NCBI GenBank assembly: GCA_965204115.1
Contig: OZ241963.1
Span: 532,622-596,621 of the forward strand
Direction: 5' to 3'
Source of the DNA: Minisyncoccota bacterium
GTDB taxonomy: Bacteria; Patescibacteriota; Minisyncoccia; Phycocordibacterales; JABAAK01
Length of the DNA: 64,000 bases
Shown: piece by piece, positions 57,902-64,000 of the stretch
Numbering within the stretch: position 1 is the stretch's first letter
Layout of the letters: every line of letters begins with the position of its first letter
The notes under the pieces: model-generated
Seen by the model: the letters and a program-made list of their open reading frames with translations, nothing else
Databases searched by the model: none
What the model was told of the DNA's origin: nothing
Program-made: the position numbers and the translations under genes

Positions 57902-59680
57902 ATGCCTGCAACAAAAGAAATACACACTCAATCAGCCGGACAAGCGGAACCTGCCGTTCCGAAGGGTTCAGGTGATACGGCTTCGGGAGGCACGATTCCT
58001 GCGTCTGAGCGGCGTGGTGCGGCTCGAAAGAAATCCGGCGATGGTCAGCAGAAGGATGCCGATGGAGCGTTCAAGGTTATCGCGAGTTACCGTATTCCGG
58101 GTAAGTTGTTTAGATTTATTCCCAAGGACTCTGCCGAGCTGTATAAAATTATTCCTTTAAAATTGGAGGATGGTGTTTTGTATGTCGGGGCAGTTAAGCC
58201 GGATGATCTGGACGCGCGGGATGCCCTGAATTTTATTACGACCGGGCAGGATTTGGAGTATAAGATTCAAAAAATTGATGAGAAACTTTTTCAGACCCTG
58301 TTGCGGCAGTATGATAGCGCTGACTTCAGTATGGATGAGACCTTGGAGCAGTTAGCGGAAGCGGGTGAAGAGAGTGTTTTGCTTGATATTGAGTCCGAAG
58401 AAGACGAGCTGGGTAGCGATATGATTCGCGAAGAGGCGCCGGTTATTAAGTTGGTCAGTACTATCTTGGCGCAGGCCGTTTCCAGAGGGGTGTCTGACAT
58501 ACATGTTGAACCAAGCGAAAAGGCGGCAGTGGTTCGATATCGGCTGGACGGCATTTTGCAGAATCAGATGAAGTTTTCCAGAAAAATACTTGATTCCTTT
58601 GTTGCGCGAATCAAAATTTTAGCCAACCTGCGTATTGATGAGCGGCGACGACCTCAGGATGGGCGATTTTCAAGTCGTATACGGGACAATCGTGTTGACT
58701 TTCGTGTTGCTGTTCTGCCGACGGTCAATGGTGAGAAGGTCATTCTTCGTGTGCTTGATAAGGAGAAAGGTCTGCGTGACTTGGCTTCAGTTGGTTTGGA
58801 GGAGGGAGCTTATGAGAGTGTCCTTCGGGTTCTCAAACGACCGTATGGTCTGATACTTGCGACCGGTCCGACCGGTGCCGGTAAGACGACCACGCTATAT
58901 TCTATTTTGAGCATGACGGATCGTATCAATCAGAGCATTGTCTCATTGGAAGATCCGGTTGAGTATCGTCTGGAGGGGGTCAATCAGTCAAATATCCGTC
59001 CTGAGATCGGCTATACCTTCGCGACAGGGCTACGGTCGGTGTTGCGTGCTGACCCGGATCAGATATTCGTCGGTGAGATTCGCGATAAGGAGACGGCGAA
59101 CCTGGCGGTGCAGGCAGCGCTTACCGGGCACCTTGTGTATTCAACATTGCATACGAATAGCGCTATTGGTGCGGTGTCACGACTAATCAATTTTGGCATT
59201 GATCCGTTTCTGCTTGCGCCGACCTTGTCGTTGGTGATTGGGCAGCGGATGGTGCGTCGGCTTGATGGGGAGGGGAAGGAAAAGCCGATTAATGAAAATA
59301 TGCGAGCACATCTGGAAAAGCGGTTTGCTGATTTGCCGCAGCGGTATAAGAGTCGGATTCCGGAGTTCACCTCTTTTCGTGAGCCGGTGCCGAATGCAGA
59401 CAATCCTTCCGGTATGCGCGGGCGGATTGGTGTGTTTGAAGTGTTTGAGGTTGATGATGAGGTTCGTTCAATTATTCTTGGTGGACCATCGGAGGCGAAA
59501 ATACGTGAAGCGGCGCGGAAGAAAGGTTTTATGACGATGGGAGAGGATGCCATTGTGAAAAGTTTGAAGGGAATTATTCCGATCTCTGAAGCAATTAAGG
59601 TGGGTAGTGAGGGGGCATTTGCTGCAGAGAGAGAAGAAGAAGGCGAAGAAGAGGGGGGAGAAGAGCAGTCATTTGCATAG
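57902..59680 (+). CDS. pilB: Type IV pilus assembly ATPase PilB (GspE family)
   Basis: Walker A LATGPTGAGKTTT, GEIRD and TGHLVYSTLHTN motifs. N1 domain IPLKLEDGVLYVG. Acidic C-terminal tail. Confidence 0.9.
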   Translation: MPATKEIHTQSAGQAEPAVPKGSGDTASGGTIPASERRGAARKKSGDGQQKDADGAFKVIASYRIPGKLFRFIPKDSAELYKIIPLKLEDGVLYVGAVKPDDLDARDALNFITTGQDLEYKIQKIDEKLFQTLLRQYDSADFSMDETLEQLAEAGEESVLLDIESEEDELGSDMIREEAPVIKLVSTILAQAVSRGVSDIHVEPSEKAAVVRYRLDGILQNQMKFSRKILDSFVARIKILANLRIDERRRPQDGRFSSRIRDNRVDFRVAVLPTVNGEKVILRVLDKEKGLRDLASVGLEEGAYESVLRVLKRPYGLILATGPTGAGKTTTLYSILSMTDRINQSIVSLEDPVEYRLEGVNQSNIRPEIGYTFATGLRSVLRADPDQIFVGEIRDKETANLAVQAALTGHLVYSTLHTNSAIGAVSRLINFGIDPFLLAPTLSLVIGQRMVRRLDGEGKEKPINENMRAHLEKRFADLPQRYKSRIPEFTSFREPVPNADNPSGMRGRIGVFEVFEVDDEVRSIILGGPSEAKIREAARKKGFMTMGEDAIVKSLKGIIPISEAIKVGSEGAFAAEREEEGEEEGGEEQSFA

Positions 59681-59708
59681 TTCCTGTTCCGTTTGTATAC
59701 TGTACGCT

Positions 59709-60377
59709 ATGAACACCAAGAAACTTGCAGAACGAAAAGCGCGGGTGCGGAAACTGATTCGTAAACTAAAAACAGTGTTTCCCGACGCGAAACTTGCGCT
59801 GAAGTACCGGACACATTGGCAGTTGATGGTGGCGGTGCAGCTGTCTGCTCAGTCAACAGACAAAAAAGTGAATGAAATTGTTCCTGAGCTGTTTGAGCGA
59901 TATAGGACAGTGCATGATTTTGCGGATGCGGATTTGGCTGAATTGCAGGAGGCGATTAGTTCGGTGCTGTACTACAAAAATAAAGGGAAGAACATCAGGG
60001 CTGCGGCTCAAAAAGTGGTCGCCGATTTTGGCGGACGATTGCCGCGAACTATGGAGGAAATGCTGACCCTACCCGGGGTTGCACGGAAGACGGCGAATGT
60101 GGTGCTCGGCACGCTGTTTCAGATATATGAGGGGATTGTCGTTGATACCCACATGATCCGGTTTGCGCGGCGGTTTGCTCTGTCTGACTTTAAAGACGCG
60201 GTGCGGATAGAGCGGGATTTAATGGAAATTGTGCCGAAAAAAGATTGGTATCAGTTTTCTTACTGGGTGGTTGATTACGGTCGGCTCTACGGTAATCCGC
60301 GTGGGAAGCGGGAATTGCACGAGCAGGATCCGCTTATAGCTATCTACCCAAAAGCAAAAAACTACTGGCCTTCGTAG
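59709..60377 (+). CDS. nth: Endonuclease III-like HhH-GPD DNA glycosylase without the C-terminal Fe-S cysteine cluster
   Basis: HhH-GPD motif LPGVARKTANVV...VVDTHMIR. No Cys-X6-C-X2-C-X5-C in the C-terminus. Confidence 0.85.
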   Translation: MNTKKLAERKARVRKLIRKLKTVFPDAKLALKYRTHWQLMVAVQLSAQSTDKKVNEIVPELFERYRTVHDFADADLAELQEAISSVLYYKNKGKNIRAAAQKVVADFGGRLPRTMEEMLTLPGVARKTANVVLGTLFQIYEGIVVDTHMIRFARRFALSDFKDAVRIERDLMEIVPKKDWYQFSYWVVDYGRLYGNPRGKRELHEQDPLIAIYPKAKNYWPS

Positions 60378-61096
60378 AACCCCGTTCTCGTCCACTCGCC
60401 GATTGCGGTGCGTTTGATGTGTGTGGTGACGGTCGGATAGTTGATGCAGTTGCCGATTTCATGGACGATGGCGCGGATGTAGGTGCCGCCGGATGTGGTG
60501 ATGTTCGCTGTGTAGTGTTGCACGACTTGATCGGGGAGTGCTTGCCATTGCTGTATGATTTTTTTCTGCCGGAAATCGCCGGTTACTTTTTGTATGCTGT
60601 CAATAATTTTTGTTTTGAGAGCATTGATGGTGGTTGTTTGTGTTTCAAGCAAGGTGTGCTTTTTTATCTGTACGGTTTTAGTCGGGCGATCAATAGTGTG
60701 CAGGGTATTCTCCCGTGCGTATGCAAACAACGGTTTGCCGTTCACTGTTTTTGATGCGTAGGGCGGGTAGGGGAGCGTGAGTGTATCGGCGATGGACTCG
60801 ATGATCTGTTGTATTTTTTTGTCAAGAGGTTTTTGTGGGTAGTGTGTGTTGGTGATTTTACCCAGTCCGTCGTATGAGTCGGTGCTGATGCCGACGATGA
60901 ATGAGTACTCGTAGGCCTTGGTGAGATTGTGATACCGCTTCGCATTTTTACACTCTTCATTTTTGAGAATGAGCAGCAAACCCTCTGCCATAGGGTCCAG
61001 ACGACCGGCGTAGGTATAGGTGTCAGCTGTGGTGTCGAATAGCCGCTGCATACACTGCAGCGGTGTTTCGCCGATGTGTTTGTGTACGATATGCAT
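60362..61096 (-). CDS. truB: tRNA pseudouridine(55) synthase TruB-like
   Basis: AGRLDPMAEGLLLIL catalytic-Asp motif and GTYIRAI motif. Confidence 0.8.
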   Translation of the reverse strand: MHIVHKHIGETPLQCMQRLFDTTADTYTYAGRLDPMAEGLLLILKNEECKNAKRYHNLTKAYEYSFIVGISTDSYDGLGKITNTHYPQKPLDKKIQQIIESIADTLTLPYPPYASKTVNGKPLFAYARENTLHTIDRPTKTVQIKKHTLLETQTTTINALKTKIIDSIQKVTGDFRQKKIIQQWQALPDQVVQHYTANITTSGGTYIRAIVHEIGNCINYPTVTTHIKRTAIGEWTRTGFYEGQ

Positions 61097-61218
61097 TGTT
61101 GTCGTTATACACTATAAAATGTTTGTACACACATATACACAGGTTGGGTTATAGGTATTTTTTTATGGTATGCTACTGGTAATAGGGACCTTATTCAATA
61201 GGACGTCACCCTAGGAGC

Positions 61219-61250
61219 AAAAACCGCTGATCTTTCAATCAGCGGTTTTT
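61219..61250. other. Palindromic terminator-like hairpin with an A-run on the 5' side and a T-run on the 3' side, between divergent truB and tRNA-Gln
   Basis: AAAAACCGCTGAT-ctttca-ATCAGCGGTTTTT, 13 bp. Confidence 0.35.
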
Positions 61251-61331
61251 GTGTTCTGGGGCTTTACGGTTCGGCTGCTCGGGGGATGATTTTCTTCGCG
61301 GATGCATGTTGTATAGTAGAAGTGGTGGGAT

Positions 61332-61402
61332 TGCCGGGTCGTCTAATGGTAGGACGCTTGGTTCTGGCCCAAGTAATCTAGGTTCGAATCCTAGCCCGGC
61401 AG
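61332..61402 (+). tRNA. tRNA-Gln (anticodon CUG) with a U1:A72 first pair
   Basis: Hand fold gives acceptor TGCCGGG/CCCGGCA, anticodon loop TTCTGGC and T loop TTCGAAT. No encoded CCA. Confidence 0.8.
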
Positions 61403-61456
61403 CACACCCTCGGTGTTGAAGTTTACTGAGGTGGTTGATGCTTGTGAGGATATAAA

Positions 61457-61493
61457 AATATCCGCGATGTGGCGTGTGCCTATCGCGGATATT
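61457..61493 (-). terminator. Intrinsic terminator for the lipoprotein gene
   Basis: 12-bp stem AATATCCGCGAT/ATCGCGGATATT followed by TTTATATCC on the minus strand. Confidence 0.5.
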
Positions 61494-61496
61494 CGT

Positions 61497-62279
61497 TTAC
61501 TTGTGTGGGATGAGGTGCGTTCTGCCCGCTCGCGCGAGCATACGGAACCGCTTGAGTGTTTCTTCTTCCGATATCTCCGGGAATAGTTCCCGGCCGATAC
61601 CGAAAATGAAGACAAGGTCAGCGTATCCGTAGAAGGTGCGCAACACAATCCTGGAATTATCCGGCTTTTCTTCCAGATGGATTCTCAAGAGCGTGTTGTG
61701 GGCAAAGTTGAAGGTTGTCTTAAATTCTTCTCTGAAGAGGGCGTCCATCCCTTTTTGGATAGCGGGCAGATCATCGTTGTTACGGCGGACGATATCTCGC
61801 TCTGCCTCAATGAACTTGGTGTATCGATTCATCGCCTCCTCCTCTTTGATGAAGCCAATGACCCGCTTCAGGTCTTCCGCGGCTTCCGCCGCGACCTGCC
61901 GGACAATGTCCTCTTGGACGCCAGTCTTCACTCGGACCCTCTCAATGAGCCATTCTTCCTCGAACGCGCCCATGGGGTGCTGCACCAGTTCTGCGAGAGC
62001 GATATCTCTCGGCTCATTGAATTCAAAGGCTATCAAAGCCGTTAGACCAGCCGGTACAGTGCCGTACAAGACCGTGTTGCCCACTGTTTCATCAGCTGCT
62101 TCGGCGGTCACCAGCGTGGTTTCTTCCTCTATCTCCATGGCCACCGGCTCCGTCTCTTCTTCGGGGAGTATGTCTCCTGACAGGTGTGCGTCATCGGAGC
62201 TGCACCCGGCAAGTATCACGGCTGTTGCCAAAAAAATCCCTAATAGTACTGAAAAAATGTTGTGATGTGTCATCATCAC
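61497..62279 (-). CDS. Lipoprotein of unknown function
   Basis: Signal peptide with lipobox LAGCS; acidic N-terminal region. Confidence 0.6.
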   Translation of the reverse strand: MMMTHHNIFSVLLGIFLATAVILAGCSSDDAHLSGDILPEEETEPVAMEIEEETTLVTAEAADETVGNTVLYGTVPAGLTALIAFEFNEPRDIALAELVQHPMGAFEEEWLIERVRVKTGVQEDIVRQVAAEAAEDLKRVIGFIKEEEAMNRYTKFIEAERDIVRRNNDDLPAIQKGMDALFREEFKTTFNFAHNTLLRIHLEEKPDNSRIVLRTFYGYADLVFIFGIGRELFPEISEEETLKRFRMLARAGRTHLIPHK

Positions 62280-62413
62280 ACCTCCTTAGGTTATTTCTGT
62301 GTATAGTTATGCCATAAAATCAATAAAAAGTCAAAATGTACAGTACGCTTGTCAATAGTGGGGTGGTGTGGTATATTATGTAGCAACGATAGTAAAGAAA
62401 AGGAGGTTCCAAG

Positions 62414-62548
62414 ATGTCTGCGATGTCTTTATTGGCGCTTGCGCTTCTTCCCGTACTTTTTGTTGTACACAAGATTGGTTGCCGGATGCGTAGAATCCGT
62501 CTCCACGATCGGGTTTGGAAGCGAGGAGTGATTAGAGGAGTGTTTTAA
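62414..62548 (+). CDS. Small 44-aa protein MSAMSLLALALLPVLFVVHKIGCRMRRIRLHDRVWKRGVIRGVF: one TM plus an Arg-rich tail
   Basis: Strong SD AAGGAGG 7 nt upstream of the ATG. Intrinsic terminator 28 nt downstream of the TAA. Below the ORF-track size cutoff. Confidence 0.45.
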   Translation: MSAMSLLALALLPVLFVVHKIGCRMRRIRLHDRVWKRGVIRGVF

Positions 62549-62575
62549 TTTGTTCAATTTACATCACCGTTAATA

Positions 62576-62606
62576 AGACCTGGCTGTTTAATGCCGGGTC
62601 TTTTTT
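62576..62606 (+). terminator. Rho-independent terminator
   Basis: AGACCTGGC-tgtttaat-GCCGGGTCT followed by TTTTTTG. Confidence 0.5.
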
Positions 62607-62642
62607 GTTGGTGTATGGTCGCCACCTCGGTGGCGGAATCTG

Positions 62643-62726
62643 TGCTCAGGAGAGGACTTGAACCTCCATGGGATTGCTCCCACACGCCCCTCAAGCGTGC
62701 GCGTCTACCAGTTCCGCCACCTGAGC
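62643..62726 (-). tRNA. tRNA-Leu (anticodon GAG), class II with a long variable arm
   Basis: Acceptor GCTCAGG/CCTGAGC, anticodon loop TTGAGGG, variable arm GGGAGCAATCCC, T loop TTCAAGT. No encoded CCA. Confidence 0.85.
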
Positions 62727-62966
62727 TGTATTGTCAGTATACTGCATGTGGTGTAGGTGTGGTATAGTGGTGGTAATGAGTTTATTTTCTCGCGGTGTGT
62801 TGTTTTTTTGGTATCGGGTGGTGTATTGTTTCGCGCGGCTGCGCGGTTCGGGCGCTGCTGATGCGGATGTTTCGGCGCGGTGTGTCGCGTTGCGTCGGGT
62901 CGGGCGGGTGATTGATGCGCGAACGCAGGTGTTGGCGAGGCAGATTTTTGCTAACAGTTCATAGGT

Positions 62967-64000
62967 ATGCGGGCAACACAGGAACAAGTACAGGCATTGT
63001 TTGAGCGGAAGACGATTGCTGATGTTATTCCGTCAAAAGCGGATCTTGAGAAACGATTATTGTCTGATGAGCCGTTTCATATCTATCTGGGGATAGACCC
63101 GACGGCGAAGCAGGTGCATTTGGGGCATATTCAAAACATTTTACTGCTTGAGGATTTGCGAAAGATGGGGGCGAAAGTTACTTTGTTGTTCGGTTCGTTC
63201 ACCGGACTGATCGGTGATCCGACCGGTAAGGAAAAAGCGCGGTCGCAGCTGACGCGGGAGCAGGTGCGGGAGAACATGCACTCGTGGAAGCGGCAGGTGT
63301 CGCAGGTGCTCGGGTTGTCAGCATTCAGCGGCGCGCGTATTGATTACAATCATCGGTGGTTTGATCGGGTTTCTTTGGAGCAGTTTTTGGAGTTGCTGCG
63401 AGGGGTGACGGTGCAGCACCTCCTGGAACGGGATATGTTTCAGAAGCGGTTGGACAGCGGCAAGCCGCTGTATGCGCACGAGATGATGTATCCGATGCTG
63501 CAAGGGTATGATTCGGTGGCGATGGAGGTTGATGCGGAGTTGTGCGGAACGGATCAGACTTTTAATGCGCTGATGGGGCGGACCATGGCGCGGCGGCATC
63601 TTAACAAAGAGAAATTTGTGCTGACAATGGAGTTGGTGCAGGCGGATGGCGTGATGATGTCTAAGAGCGCAGGTACCGGGGTGTTTGTTGATGTTGAGCA
63701 GGGAGGTAACCATCGGATGTTCGGGGCGATCATGGCATTGCCGGACGGATTTATTGATCCGCTGTTTCGCGGATGTACACGGGTGCCGATGAAGGATATC
63801 GCTCAGCTTGACTTAGGTGGTGGTGTGGCAACTCGGGACGCGAAGATGCAGTTGGCGCGGGAGATTGTCGGGATGTTTTGGAGCGTGGAGCAGGCGCAGG
63901 AGGCCGAGCAGGACTATATCAAACAGTTTCGTCAGAAAGCAGTGCCGGATGCCGCGCCGACTATCACGCTGCAGGAGGGGGAGGCCCTGCTTGACGTGGT
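62967..64000 (+). CDS. tyrS: Tyrosyl-tRNA synthetase (3'-truncated by window end)
   Basis: YLGIDPTAKQVHLGHI (HIGH) and KMSKS-like MMSKSAG motifs. Confidence 0.9.
   Translation, partial: MRATQEQVQALFERKTIADVIPSKADLEKRLLSDEPFHIYLGIDPTAKQVHLGHIQNILLLEDLRKMGAKVTLLFGSFTGLIGDPTGKEKARSQLTREQVRENMHSWKRQVSQVLGLSAFSGARIDYNHRWFDRVSLEQFLELLRGVTVQHLLERDMFQKRLDSGKPLYAHEMMYPMLQGYDSVAMEVDAELCGTDQTFNALMGRTMARRHLNKEKFVLTMELVQADGVMMSKSAGTGVFVDVEQGGNHRMFGAIMALPDGFIDPLFRGCTRVPMKDIAQLDLGGGVATRDAKMQLAREIVGMFWSVEQAQEAEQDYIKQFRQKAVPDAAPTITLQEGEALLDV

Noticed and set aside
62691-62987. Minus-strand ORF of 98 aa overlapping tRNA-Leu
   Set aside because: Overlaps the tRNA and the tyrS promoter region.
1-64000. CRISPR arrays, IS elements or integrases
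   Set aside because: No short regularly spaced repeats and no transposase or integrase motifs were found on reading both strands.

Overview
This 64-kb window reads as the chromosome of a small-genome, probably CPR/Patescibacteria-like bacterium. It uses the standard genetic code, since TGA serves as a stop in rsmA and in the virB4-like gene.

Window contents, in order:
- A 5'-truncated secreted protein with FN3/Ig-like repeats on the minus strand.
- uvrA.
- tuf followed directly by an S10/spc-type ribosomal-protein operon (rpsJ, rplC, rplD, rplW, rplB, rpsS, rplV, rpsC, rplP, rpmC, rpsQ, rplN, rplX, rplE). The operon is interrupted by a convergent antisense gene between rplP and rpmC. It stops after rplE, where a eukaryote-like class Ia ribonucleotide reductase (nrdB, nrdA) follows.
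- recG, a UvrD-type helicase, and a 1292-aa wall-binding/adhesin-like protein with 100%-identical internal duplications.
- rsmA, then a 2273-aa membrane-anchored protein.
- A type IV secretion-like module: a VirB6/TrbL-like polytopic membrane protein, a consensus promoter with a structured leader and an intrinsic terminator, a VirB3-like 2-TM protein, a VirB4 ATPase split into two ORFs, a translationally coupled membrane protein, and a convergent DsbA-like oxidoreductase.
- hisS, a DEDD exonuclease, a yqeY-like gene, tRNA-Thr, murG, gltX, an M23 peptidase, and a VirB2/TrbC-like small secreted 2-TM protein.
- Pyruvate kinase.
- A partial type IV pilus set: PilN-like, PilO-like, one hypothetical protein, and PilB.
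- An Fe-S-less nth, truB, tRNA-Gln, tRNA-Leu, and the 5' part of tyrS.

Other notable signals:
- A 19-bp exact inverted-repeat pair (27775-27793 and 48428-48446) brackets the 20.7-kb segment that contains the T4SS-like module. One copy abuts tRNA-Thr.
- Two unannotated small ORFs encode peptides with a hydrophobic N-terminus and a basic C-terminus; each has a strong SD and an intrinsic terminator.
- Several ribosomal proteins carry extensions.

Limits: CDS coordinates follow the supplied ORF track, with starts adjusted by motif. Hand-derived RNA, terminator and repeat coordinates may be off by 1-2 nt. No database searches were possible, so every homology call rests on recognisable motifs only.
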